A program made the position numbers and the translations under genes. Positions 7,814 through 19,500 of a DNA stretch of 64,000 nucleotides are shown one piece after another. Below the pieces are notes generated by a model. That model was given only the letters and a program-made list of their open reading frames with translations, had not been told where the DNA came from and searched no databases. The number at the start of each line of letters is the position of its first letter. Position 1 is the stretch's first letter. The stretch comes from a virus (taxonomy: Duplodnaviria; Caudoviricetes), in IMG/VR virus record IMGVR_UViG_3300009164_004014, positions 824-64,823 of that record; one strand, written 5' to 3'.

Positions 7814-9601
7814 ATGGCAGATAACTTATTATCATCTCCAATTACTCTTACAAATTCAATTTCAGGCAACGCAGTTGCTAGTGCTATTAATGCAGGAAAT
7901 TTTGCCTCAAATATGGCAACAAATGTTACTGGAGGATTAGGCTCAATTGCTTCATCATTGAGTGCAGTAAATCCTGTTTCTTCTTTGACTGGAGCAGCAG
8001 GTGGCGCATTGGGTGGATTAGCTGGTGCAGCAGGCGGAGCATTAGGTGGATTAACAGGAGCAGCAGGCGGAGCATTAGGTGGATTAACAGGAGCAGCAGG
8101 TGGTGCCTTAGGTGGATTAACAGGAGCAGCAGGCGGAGCATTAGGTGGATTAACAGGAGCAGCAGGTGGTGCCTTAGGTGGATTAACAGGAGCAGCAGGT
8201 GGTGCCTTAGGTGGATTAACAGGAGCAGCAGGCGGAGCATTGGGTAAATTGGCCGGAGAAGTACCCAAACTATCAGCCGCCGGAGCATTAGATGCGGCAA
8301 AAGGTATAGCCGGTTCAGCGTTCTCTGCTATAACAGCCTCATTCAAACCTTTGGCAGCAGGTGTACCTCAAAATCTAACAGCAATTGCTGAGAAAAATTT
8401 AGCAGAAGCTGCATCACAGGGAACCGGTGCAGCCGCAGATGCAGCAAAATCAGCAGCCGGTTTGGCAGGATCAGCCGGCGCAGCAATATCCGGGGCTGCT
8501 GGGGCGATAGGTAGTGCAGTTCCAGGTTTAGCTGGTGCAGCAGGTGGTGCATTAGGAGGGTTAGCTGGTGCAGCAGGTGGTGCATTAGGAGGGTTAGCTG
8601 GTGCAGCAGGTGGTGCATTAGGAGGGTTAGCTGTTGCAGCAGGTGGAGCATTATCTAGCGCAGCAGGTGGTGCATTAGGAGGATTAGCTGGTGCAGCAGG
8701 TGGAGCATTATCATCAGTGGCATCTGCTTCATCATTAGCTAGTGGAATCAGTAGTCTGCCAGGGGGATTTGCAGCAGTAGCCGGTGTAACATCTGGTGCA
8801 GTTCCCGGTCTTTCTGGATTAAAATCAGCAGTTGGTAGTATATCTTCTTCAGTTCAAAACGGTATAAGCGTTCCTTCTAGTATAGGAAGTAGTTTAGCTG
8901 GTGCAGCAGGTGGCGCATTGGGTGGATTAGCTGGTGCAGCAGGTGGCGCATTGGGTGGATTAGCAGGAGCAGCAGGTGGCGCATTGGGTGGATTAGCTGG
9001 TGCAGCAGGTGGCGCATTGGGTGGATTAGCTGGTGCAGCAGGTGGCGCATTGGGTAAATTGACCGGAGCAGCAGGTGGATTAGGTGGACTAGCTAGCGCC
9101 GCCGCCGGAGCATTAGGATCACTGACAGGTAAAATTGATGGAGGAAAATTGGGACTAGCTGCGTTGGCAAGTGCAGGATTGTCGCCGGCAGCATCCGCGC
9201 AATTGTCCGCAAGTTTAAATTCATTAAATTCATCAAGTCCTTTCCCAATAAAAATGCCAATAGTAGGTCAAGGAACATTAGATAGAAGTGAAATATCTGC
9301 TTCAATTAGTACAGCACTGGGTGATTCAAGAGTACCGGCCCCAAATTTTTCTAGTCAAGAAGAACAGTTAGCAGCAGCAAAAAAATATCTTGCTGAATCT
9401 GAAACCAAACTAGAAAAAACAAGAAAACTTATTGCTGCTCTTAACGCTGGCCAAGCTAAGTCTGAAGAAAAAAAGAAAATATGGAAAAATCTACGTGATA
9501 CTTTACCAGAAGGTGATCCGGCAATAAGTGCCGCATATCAAGAATATAGTGCTGCTTGGGACGCCAAAGATGCATTGAGAACTGAACTTATAAACTCTTG
9601 A
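7814..9601 (+). CDS. Gly/Ala-rich glycine-zipper repeat protein with C-terminal helical domain
   Basis: 595 aa with about 21 copies of GAAGGALGGL(T/A). Located between gp5-like and gp25-like genes. Confidence 0.75.
   Translation: MADNLLSSPITLTNSISGNAVASAINAGNFASNMATNVTGGLGSIASSLSAVNPVSSLTGAAGGALGGLAGAAGGALGGLTGAAGGALGGLTGAAGGALGGLTGAAGGALGGLTGAAGGALGGLTGAAGGALGGLTGAAGGALGKLAGEVPKLSAAGALDAAKGIAGSAFSAITASFKPLAAGVPQNLTAIAEKNLAEAASQGTGAAADAAKSAAGLAGSAGAAISGAAGAIGSAVPGLAGAAGGALGGLAGAAGGALGGLAGAAGGALGGLAVAAGGALSSAAGGALGGLAGAAGGALSSVASASSLASGISSLPGGFAAVAGVTSGAVPGLSGLKSAVGSISSSVQNGISVPSSIGSSLAGAAGGALGGLAGAAGGALGGLAGAAGGALGGLAGAAGGALGGLAGAAGGALGKLTGAAGGLGGLASAAAGALGSLTGKIDGGKLGLAALASAGLSPAASAQLSASLNSLNSSSPFPIKMPIVGQGTLDRSEISASISTALGDSRVPAPNFSSQEEQLAAAKKYLAESETKLEKTRKLIAALNAGQAKSEEKKKIWKNLRDTLPEGDPAISAAYQEYSAAWDAKDALRTELINS
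7991..8254 (+). repeat. 33-bp tandem array 1 (8 copies, GAAGGALGGLT)
   Basis: ggagcagcagg(c/t)gg(a/t)gc(a/c)ttaggtggattaaca units counted directly. Confidence 0.95.
8534..8716 (+). repeat. 33-bp tandem array 2 (about 6 copies, some truncated)
   Basis: ggtgcagcaggtggtgcattaggagggttagct units. Confidence 0.9.
8900..9127 (+). repeat. 33-bp tandem array 3 (about 7 copies)
   Basis: ggtgcagcaggtggcgcattgggtggattagct units. Confidence 0.9.
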
Positions 9602-9607
9602 TAAATA
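9602..9607 (+). promoter_or_regulatory. Late promoter TAAATA, 4 nt before ATG (probable leaderless start)
   Basis: TAAATA-tagt-ATG(9612). Confidence 0.6.
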
Positions 9608-9611
9608 TAGT

Positions 9612-10061
9612 ATGGCAACATATATTGGATTCAGTACAATTCACGCAAATGATCCTAGATCAACCAATCTTCCTAGAGGAAAAGACGGCGGTGCAGGCTC
9701 TATGGTTCAACCCGTCTCGATTGGAAATAAATTTCAACTAGTTGACACCCCGTTAGTCGTTCAAGATTTTATTAATTCACTAAATATTCAACAGGGACAA
9801 AAAGTAGGACAACCGGGATATGGCACAACACTATGGAGTTTTGTTTTTGAACCCAACACTGCCGACGTTCAATTTCAATTAGAAAATGAAATAAGACGAG
9901 TAGCTAGTCTAGATCCTAGATTGATACTTAATACCGTAAGAGCCTATCCACAAGAAAACGGAATCTTGTTGGAAGTAGAAATGGCCATAGCCCCGTTCAA
10001 TAACGCATTTGCATTGAGTGTATTTTTCAATAACTCAACAAATACTGCGGTATTACAATAA
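9612..10061 (+). CDS. gp25: Baseplate wedge subunit gp25-like
   Basis: 149 aa; LNIQQGQKVGQPGYGTTLWSFVFEP...IRRVASLDPRL is the GPW/gp25 pattern. Precedes gp6. Confidence 0.85.
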   Translation: MATYIGFSTIHANDPRSTNLPRGKDGGAGSMVQPVSIGNKFQLVDTPLVVQDFINSLNIQQGQKVGQPGYGTTLWSFVFEPNTADVQFQLENEIRRVASLDPRLILNTVRAYPQENGILLEVEMAIAPFNNAFALSVFFNNSTNTAVLQ

Positions 10062-10092
10062 ACTAACTAAAAAACCATATTTACAGGTATGA

Positions 10093-10098
10093 TAAATA
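10093..10098 (+). promoter_or_regulatory. Late promoter TAAATA
   Basis: Intergenic, upstream of ATG 10116. Confidence 0.55.
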
Positions 10099-10115
10099 CT
10101 TGAAAGAGAATAACT

Positions 10116-13100
10116 ATGGCTACAAGTTCACGACAATCAGCATTATTTGGAGTAAATGACTGGAAAGCAATATACCAGACATTTAACCAAGCCGACTTCA
10201 GAAGTTATGACTATGAAACACTACGTAAAAGTTTCATAGATTACTTACGCATTTATTATCCAGAAACATTTAACGACTACATTGAAAGTTCTGAATTTAT
10301 AGCATTAATGGATGTTATGGCTTTTATGGGGCAAGGTCTTGCCTTCCGCAACGACTTAAATACCCGCGAAAATTTCATTGATACCGCTGAACGTAGAGAT
10401 AGTGTTATTAAATTGGCTAACCTAGTAAGTTACACACCAAAAAGAAATTTAACAGGTCAGGGTTATCTTAAAGTAACAAGCATACGGACTACACAAAATA
10501 TCACTGACATCAATGGATTTAATTTGAGCAATCTTACTGTATTATGGAATGATCCTGCAAATCCATATTGGTTAGAACAGTTTAACACGATTATTAACGC
10601 TGCATTAATCAATACACAAAGAGTTGGGGTTTCTGGAAATACCGCACAGATTTTAGGTGTTACTACAGATGAGTATGCGTTACAAATACCAGCTGGTACA
10701 GTACCTGTAATACCATTTAACTCTAATGTTAATGGATTGAATATGAATTTTGAATTGTGTAGTGTAAGCACAGTTGGTGAAAACTATGTTTATGAATTGC
10801 CACCTGCACCAACTAATCAATTTAATATGTTATATCGTAATGACAAATTGGGATATGGTAGTCCAAATACAGGATTCTTCTTTTACTTTAAACAAGGTAC
10901 TTTACAAAACTTTGATTTTGTTTTACAAAATCAAATTTCTAATCAAGTAATTAATGTTGATATACAAGGTATTAATAACACTGATACTTGGTTGTATCAA
11001 ATAAGTCAGGTTAACGGATCTTTTGGATTATGGGAACAAGTAGAAAATGTTTATGCAAACGCATATTTGCAAACTGAAAACAGTCTAAGACAAATATTTT
11101 CAGTCAATAGTAGATTCAATGATCAAGTAAGTTATGTATTTGGTGACGGAGTATTTAGTCAGATACCAGTTGGTAACTTTAGAGCGTATGTTCGTGCGGG
11201 AAATGCATTAACATATACAATACAACCTACTAATATGCAAGGTATTAGTATTTCAATTAGTTATGTAAGTAGAGTAGGAAGACAAGAAACTTTAACAATT
11301 GGATTATCACTACAAGTGCCAGTGTCAAATGCACAAGTACGTGAAAGTCTTGCTCAAATTAAACAACGTGCTCCAAGTCGTTACTATACTCAAAATCGTA
11401 TGGTCAATGGTGAAGATTATAATAACTTCCCATATACCTTGTATAGTTCTATTATTAAAAGTAAAGCTATTAATCGTAGTAGTGTAGGTATAAGTAAAAA
11501 TTTAGATTTACTAGATCCAACTGGAAAATATAGTAGTACAAATAGTTTTGCAAATGACGGAGGCATTTGGTTAAATAATGCAGAAGGTTATGCAAATTTA
11601 AACATTGCTAATACTAGCGACATCATAACATTTTTAACCGGTACCTTAGCAAATATATTAGCAAACAACCAATCACTACAATACTATGCTCAAAATTATA
11701 CACGATATAATATTAACTCAAGTTCAGGTGACGGAATAGTATACTGGAATACTAGTACTGTAGATGCAAATAGCATGACTGGTTACTTTTATAATATTAC
11801 TAATGGTGCCGATACTCCCATACCAGTAGGAACATATTCAACCTATAATGCAAAGTATATTACACAAGGAGCACTATTAAAATTTGTAGCACCGGATGGA
11901 TTTTATTTTGACAATAATAATAGATTAGTAAGTGGTGTAGCTAGTCCGGCTGACGTAACATATTTGTGGACAACTGTATTAAATGTAATAGGTGATGGCT
12001 ACAACAACGGGGTTGGTCAATTTACAAATGGAACAGGACCTATAACTTTAAATGCTTATATACCACAGGGTGCTATACTCACAGTAGTATTGCCGGCTTT
12101 TAGTAACACCTTACCAACTACGGTCATACAAGAAGCTATAATAAAACTACAACTACAACAAAATTTTTCATTAGTGTTTAATAATTCGTTGACTGTGGCA
12201 CAAATTCGCTGGAGTGTTGATACATTTAATGCAACAAATTATTTTGTTAATTTTCAAAGTGTGGGTTACAATAGGTATACTGTAACATATCGTTCTCTTA
12301 AATATTATTTTGGTAGTGTAGCAGATACTAGATTTACGTATGAACAAGATAAATTAGTTTATGATCCATTTACTGGAAAAATATTACAAGATTTTGTAAA
12401 TGTATTAGCAACTAATACACAACCAGGATCAAACTATCCGTTAGCGCATTCAATTAATGCTAGCATTATTGGACAAACCGTACAATCAGATGGGTACGTA
12501 GATGATTTTGAAGTTGAAGTTGCTAGTATTGATGCTAACAATAGAACAATAATAGAAAATCCTGATTTCTTTAATGAAGTTACTGGGTATATTACCGGTA
12601 ATACCAATATAGGAATATATGCATTTTTTGAAGAAGTGCAAGATGCTATAAATTTAACACGTAAACAATTAATTCCCACTACTGATGTAGTATATCAATA
12701 CGCTACATTATCTCAAATTGATATTATCAAATATCAATATCCAGTAGGACAATTGTTTTATGCATATTCAGCTAATTTATTTTATATAACTGTTCAAGAT
12801 CCACTAATAATAACACCTTATTTTGAATTGGCAATACAACCACAATATAGTGTTTTACCAGGTCGTCAAGGTTTGCAATTTCAATATCGTCACAATAGTA
12901 ATAATACTACACGCATTGATCCAGCAACAACTAACATAATTGATTTATACGTTGTTACACAATCATATTATACTCAATATCAAAATTGGATTCAAGATAC
13001 GACCGGAACTGTGCCAATGCCATCTAAACCAACTATTAATGAATTGACAACTGAATATAGTAAAATTCAAGATTATAAAATGTTAAGTGATAGTGTAGTG

Positions 13101-13487
13101 TTAAACAGTGTTGTGTTTTTACCTTTGTTTGGGTCTAAGGCGCCGGCGGCACTAAGAGGAACAATTAAAGTTATTAAAAATTCTACAACCAATGCAAGTG
13201 ATAGTGAAATACGTAGTGCGGTTCTTACAACAATGAATGATTATTTTAATATTAATAATTGGAATTTTGGAGACACTTTCTACTTTAGTGAATTGAGTGC
13301 TTACATACATAATCAAATTGGTGATTTTGTAAGTTCTTGTGTATTGGTCCCTAACGACCCTAATTTAAATTTTGGTGATTTATATGAAATTAAAAGTGCC
13401 CCATATGAAATTTTTGCTAATGCAGCCACATCTAATGATGTAGTAGTAATTGCTGCACTTACTCCGGCGGAATTACAAATAGCATAA
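10116..13487 (+). CDS. gp6: Baseplate wedge subunit gp6-like
   Basis: DFRSYDYETLRKSFIDYL, ENFIDTAERRDSVIKLA..VSYTPKR, FGDGVFSQIP, ESLAQIKQRAPSRYYTQNRMVNGEDY. Confidence 0.85.
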   Translation: MATSSRQSALFGVNDWKAIYQTFNQADFRSYDYETLRKSFIDYLRIYYPETFNDYIESSEFIALMDVMAFMGQGLAFRNDLNTRENFIDTAERRDSVIKLANLVSYTPKRNLTGQGYLKVTSIRTTQNITDINGFNLSNLTVLWNDPANPYWLEQFNTIINAALINTQRVGVSGNTAQILGVTTDEYALQIPAGTVPVIPFNSNVNGLNMNFELCSVSTVGENYVYELPPAPTNQFNMLYRNDKLGYGSPNTGFFFYFKQGTLQNFDFVLQNQISNQVINVDIQGINNTDTWLYQISQVNGSFGLWEQVENVYANAYLQTENSLRQIFSVNSRFNDQVSYVFGDGVFSQIPVGNFRAYVRAGNALTYTIQPTNMQGISISISYVSRVGRQETLTIGLSLQVPVSNAQVRESLAQIKQRAPSRYYTQNRMVNGEDYNNFPYTLYSSIIKSKAINRSSVGISKNLDLLDPTGKYSSTNSFANDGGIWLNNAEGYANLNIANTSDIITFLTGTLANILANNQSLQYYAQNYTRYNINSSSGDGIVYWNTSTVDANSMTGYFYNITNGADTPIPVGTYSTYNAKYITQGALLKFVAPDGFYFDNNNRLVSGVASPADVTYLWTTVLNVIGDGYNNGVGQFTNGTGPITLNAYIPQGAILTVVLPAFSNTLPTTVIQEAIIKLQLQQNFSLVFNNSLTVAQIRWSVDTFNATNYFVNFQSVGYNRYTVTYRSLKYYFGSVADTRFTYEQDKLVYDPFTGKILQDFVNVLATNTQPGSNYPLAHSINASIIGQTVQSDGYVDDFEVEVASIDANNRTIIENPDFFNEVTGYITGNTNIGIYAFFEEVQDAINLTRKQLIPTTDVVYQYATLSQIDIIKYQYPVGQLFYAYSANLFYITVQDPLIITPYFELAIQPQYSVLPGRQGLQFQYRHNSNNTTRIDPATTNIIDLYVVTQSYYTQYQNWIQDTTGTVPMPSKPTINELTTEYSKIQDYKMLSDSVVLNSVVFLPLFGSKAPAALRGTIKVIKNSTTNASDSEIRSAVLTTMNDYFNINNWNFGDTFYFSELSAYIHNQIGDFVSSCVLVPNDPNLNFGDLYEIKSAPYEIFANAATSNDVVVIAALTPAELQIA

Positions 13488-13488
13488 G

Positions 13489-13494
13489 TAAATA
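13489..13494 (+). promoter_or_regulatory. Late promoter TAAATA
   Basis: Intergenic, upstream of ATG 13511. Confidence 0.55.
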
Positions 13495-13510
13495 ATAGAG
13501 ATTTATAAAA

Positions 13511-16500
13511 ATGGCAACAAGAATTAGAACATTAGATTTTCTTCCTGAAATATTCAAAACACCTACCAATAGTCAGTTTCTTCAGGCAACGCTGGATCAA
13601 TTAACTGCACAACCAAATACCAAAAAAATAGAAGGGTATATTGGAAGTACGTTTGGATATGGAATAAACGCCAATGATTATTATGTTACTGAACCAACTA
13701 AAGTTAGAACCGATTATCAATTAGATCCGGGAGTTGTATTTTTAAAAGAAGATACATCTACTGCTAATGATTTTATTAGTTACCCTGGAATTGTTGATTC
13801 ATTAACGATACAGGGTGGAGTAACTAATAATAACAATCGATTATTTAACAGTGAATTTTATTCATGGGATTCTTTTACTAATTTAGATAAAATAATTAAT
13901 TTTAATCAGTACTATTGGTTACCTGTTGGTCCTGAACGTGTAGTTGTTACAAGTGATATAGTTTATAATTCTTCAGATTATGTTGTTATTAGTACACCAA
14001 CTGAATATTTAATTTCATCTGAAACTTTAACTACACCTACTGCTAACCCATCATTAACCTTACTAAGAGGTGGTACGTACACATTTACAGTAAATCAAGA
14101 TACTGAATTTTGGATACAAGGTCAGCCGAGTGTCACCGGTTATAGCCCAACTCAACCAAATGTACAAACACGAAATGTATATGGTGTTACTAACAATGGC
14201 GCTTCAATAGGGACAATAACATTTACTGTACCTGAAAAAAATGCGCTAGATGAATATAATTTTCCAACTGGACCCGGTGTTGATGTAATATCTAGCATAC
14301 CCTTTGATGAATTAAACGGAGCATTTGTAAATGACATAGGTGGAGTAGACGGGATTACTGCATTGGATGGGTTAACAGTACTGTTCTACAATACTGGAAT
14401 ACTTGATGAAATAGGATATGTTGAAAAATTTTATGATCAAACATTATATGATCAAGAGACAAGCGGTTCAGTTAGCCCGGGCGGCGGAGTACCATATGAT
14501 AATACAACAGATTATCCCGGAACATCAATCTTTAATTATAATTATGAAGGTGGATATTATACAACAGTAAATGCTAATTTTTATACTATAACATTATTGG
14601 GTGATCAAGATAATCCTCAAATTCAACTTACACCAGCAGGCACTGTTCCTACTAATTTAACGATAACACCAAATTTTGGTGACTCTTATGCTAACCTTAA
14701 ATTCTATAGAAATACGGCGGGTTATATTTCACTTGTTCCCTACAACAGTGCAATATTAGATACGTTATATTATCAAGATGGAACTAATCCAAATAAAGTT
14801 GGTGCAATAAGATTAATTAATAGTAATATTACTAACACTATAAATGTAGTAACTCAGATATTAGGTAAAAGTAGTTATACTTCTCCTAACGGTGTAGTGT
14901 TTACTAATGGATTGAAAGTATTATTTCAAGGTGATATTTACCCCGAAAGTTATAACAACGTAGAATACTATGTAGAGGGTGTAGGAGATTCTATTGAATT
15001 AATACCAGTAACAACTTTGGTGACACCGGGATTGTTTTCTGAGGGAACATATATTCCTTTTGATACCACTCCATACGATGTTGGTAATTATGACATTAGT
15101 TTAAATATCCCCATTACACCGGATTATATTACTATTGCTAGAAATGCAATTAATAAAAATGCTTGGTCAAGAAGTAACAGATGGTTTCATATTGATGTTA
15201 TTAGGGCTACCGCGGAATATAATAATACACCCGCATTGATCACTCAATTAGCAACATTAAATAGTAAAGCAAAGCGTCCAATTATTGAGTTTTATCCAAA
15301 CTTACGTTTATTTGATTCTGGTGTATACGGAAAATCCCCGATTGATTTTATGGATACTAGAACTACTGACGCATTTAGCTATGTAGCAGGTCAACCTAAT
15401 TATTACCCTGATACGGCAGGTTATACAAATTCAGTTGCTACTATTGCTCCAGTTACCGGATCTCTTACAAAAACAGCAACAGTAACGGTGGCTTTATTAA
15501 ATCAAGTAACATTATCTAATACTACTGGTATACACGTTAACGATACTATAACATTTACTGGAAGTGCGTTTGGTGGAATAAGCACTGACCCTACAAACAA
15601 AAATAATGTATATTATATTTTAGATATATTAGGAAATAATGTAATAATATCAAAAACAAAACAAGGAACTCCGGTTGTATTGACCACTGCATCGGGATCA
15701 ATGACAGCAGCAGTGTATCCATATAGTACTTCTATTACAGTACCTAGTACAGATGTATTTGGTTTGTTTAGTGTTGGTCAATATATTACAGATTCTACTA
15801 ACTTACTACCTTCAATTACTTTTGTTACTGATGTGTCTGTGGTAAGTTCTAATACAATAATCACGGTATCTTGGGATAACCAATCTATCGTATACGGTAC
15901 ATCTGTTGCATCAGTTGTTACTGCCGACACGCCTTTAGACAATTATGCACTTTTTGATGGATCAAGAATAGTTTTTGCAGCCGACACAAATTTAGAAGTA
16001 AGAAATAAAATATATATTTCACATTTTTCTACTATCTCTGGATCAACTACTCCAGTAATTACACTTACTGAAGCAGCAGATGGTACTGTATTATTAGATG
16101 AGCAAACGGCAGTATATAGAGGATATAATAACAAAGGTAGTGATTTTTACTTTGACGGACTTAATTGGTATAAGGGACAGCAGAAAACTAATGTAAATCA
16201 ACCACCTCTTTTTGATATATTTGATAGTAATGGTATAAGTTTTGGTAATAAAGAATATTATATAGGTACGTCTTTTGTAGGATCTAAATTATTTTCTTAT
16301 GGAATAGGTAGTGGATCAAACGATTCAATCCTAGGCTTTCCTTTAAGATATAGTTCTGTTGATAACGTGGGTGACATTAGCTTTGATGTTACATTGAATA
16401 GTCAAACTTTTAACTATGTTACCGGAACAAAACCCATAACACAAAATGTAAATACTGGATATGTATATAATTATACTGCATATACAGACACTAGTTTATC

Positions 16501-19500
16501 TGTTGTCAAACAATTGGGATGGCAAACTGCTGTATCCCCAAGTGTTCAATATCAAATTTTTGAGTTTGATTATAACCCGTTAGTAACTGTAAACAACACC
16601 TTTGCTTGTGACATTGCAGCAATAACTAACACAAACTGGCCACCAATTCAGGTATACATTAATAATAATTATGTATCTAAACAAAAGGGTGCTTCTCAAA
16701 TAATTGGAAATGTTGTCTCAGTAGGAATAGACCCCCAAACCATATTGAATTCACTTTTCCCCGACGCAATAACCGGCGACGCGGTGCTTGATAATTTATC
16801 CGGCAGTCTTTGGGTTAAAGGTGGGTTATTGTGGACAAGTGTAGGACAAATGAAAGGTTGGATAATTACAAATGCTTCAACTGACACTACTACTGAAGTT
16901 TATGTTCCAAATTTAGGTGCAGTTGAAACTGTCGTACAAATTTTAATATTAAGCAACCAAGTAAGTAAAACTGCGTACTATCAAACTCCAATTAATTTAA
17001 ATAATAATCCATTGAATCAAAGTATTACTACTGCTAATATAGGTGATATTCGTGGTCAATATCAAAGTATTTTTTACAACAATCCAAATACAACCGGCGA
17101 AGTATTTGGATCAAACAACTATCGTGACTTAGGTAACTTAGTGCCATGGGGCAATAGAATTATTCAAAATAGTGCATCATTAGTATTGCCGGGCGTATTT
17201 TTACGTAAACCCAGTCATAATTTATTTGATGCATTGATGTTTAACAGTTATCAGTATATTAACTTTAAAGCATTATTAATAAACACAGTAAATGACACTG
17301 CGTATTCTACTATAAATACTCCTGCCGAGATGTTAGATGGTGCATTAGATATAATGAACGCTTCCAAAACAGAAAGTGAATCTTTCTTTTGGAGTGATAT
17401 GTTACCGTCAAAATCACCATATATAACTAATACATATAGTTTTGCGAATTCATTAGATATTAGCATTTATCCTTTAAGTAAAATTTATAATTTTGCAACT
17501 GCAAATTATAATGGTATTTTGGTATATTTAATAAGAAATGGTGAACAAACACAACTAGTTAAGGGAGTTGATTATACTATAAGTACTGACAGCCCTTCAC
17601 TGACTATTACTGTTGATTTATTGGCAAATGATACTATAACAATTAATGAGTATAATCAAACATATGGTAACTTTGTGCCAAATACTCCAACTAAGTTGGG
17701 ATTGTATCCTGCAACAATTCCTAATGTTACCTTAGATACCGCATATTCTAATCCTACTTATTTTATTGTAGGACACGATGGGTCATTTAATAAGTTATAC
17801 GGAAGTTATGATTCTACTACAGGCAGTTTAACTGATTTTAGAGATCAAGTGTTATTAGAGTATGAAACTCGTGTTTATAATAATTTAAAATTATCTGAAA
17901 CTGTACCAGCTGGCTCTTATCAAGGTGTTGTGATACCAGGCTTCTTTAGACAAACAGATTATTCATATGATGAGTTTTTGCAAATTTATAGTGAAACATT
18001 TTTAAATTGGATTGGTAAAAATCGTATTGATTATAAAACTCAATTGTATAATGTTGCAAATCAATATACTTATAATTATAGACAGTCTGGTAATAGAATA
18101 AATCAACAACCGCTGGATCAAGGATATTTTAGAGGATTGTATTTATATTTTTATGATACCTCTACGCCAGATCAAACCCCATGGGAAATGCTAGGGTTAG
18201 CAAATAAACCAGCATGGTGGGAAACTAGATACGGTCCTGCACCGTATACAAGTGATAACTTGATATTATGGGATGATTTAGCTGAGGGTTTAGTTTGGAA
18301 TAACGGCAACTCATTCATAAAACCTAGTTATGCTCGTCCTAACTTGTTGGAAGTAATTCCGGTTGATAGTTACGGCAATTTAGTTTCACCTTTTGTTTCT
18401 ATTGTAGGAAATTACGATGATAACTTATTTAAGCGTGATTGGATAGTTGGCGATGTGGGTCCCGCTGAGTTTAGCTATCGCAGAAGTAGCACGTGGCCTT
18501 TTGATTTGATGCGTATATTAGCAGTAACTAAACCTACAGATTTCTTTAATTTGGGTGTTGACGTTGACAATTACAAATATAATATTGAATTTAATCAATA
18601 CCTGGTAAACAATAGGAGTCATTTGGCGTTGTCTAATATTCCAATATATGGAAATGGAACTGCGGCAACCAGTTATATTAATTGGATAGTAGACTATGAA
18701 AAACAAGTTGGTATTGATGCAACTACCAATATAACAACATTGTTGAATAATGTTGATGTTCGTTTGGTTTATCGTTTGGCAGGATTTAGTGATCAAGCAT
18801 TGTTGAAATTCTTTGTAGAAAAAAGTTCAGCTAATAGTAATAATAGTTCATTGTTGATACCAGATGAAAGTTATGATGTATTACTTTATGAAAATCAACC
18901 GTTTGATAAAATTGTATATAGCGGCGTAGTAATTCAAATATCAGAATATGGTTTTAAAGTATTTGGAAATTCACAAACAAATGCATACTTTAAAGTATCA
19001 GTTCCGGCAAATGATGGTAAAGTTGAACGTATAACAGTTGAAGGTGACTCTGTATCATTGCCAATTACTTTTACTAATAATGTTCAATTAATTCCATACG
19101 GATTTGAATTTTATAATATACAAGAAGTTGCAATTTTCTTAACTAGTTACGGTAATTATTTAAAAACACAGGGTATGAAGTTTGATGAAGTTGAAAACGG
19201 AATACCAGTGACATGGACACAAATGGTTGGTGAATTTTTATATTGGGCTCAGACCGGCTGGGAGATAGGTAGTATTACAACAACAAATCCATGCGCTAAT
19301 TTATTAGCAATAGATAAAGATAGTTACATTGTACAACCATTAACATTGAGACAATTAAATTTTGTATTGAATCAAAATTTATATCCTATTCAATCTAATG
19401 ATCTAGCAGTAGTACGTGACAATACCTTGTTTACAGCAGCACCATTAAATGTAGGAGATTCAATAAGTTACGGACAATTTAATATTAGCAATATAGAACA

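Noticed and set aside
7801-8651. Minus-strand ORFs 7801-8346, 7926-8300 and 8343-8651 with striking repetitive peptides
   Set aside because: They are antisense shadows of the 33-bp Gly/Ala repeats and have no independent start signals.
600-13487. Bacterial T6SS or extracellular contractile injection system rather than a phage
   Set aside because: The gp55-like sigma, T4-type late promoters, T4-like gp6 and gp53, and the absence of Tss membrane-complex or ClpV genes favour a large myophage.
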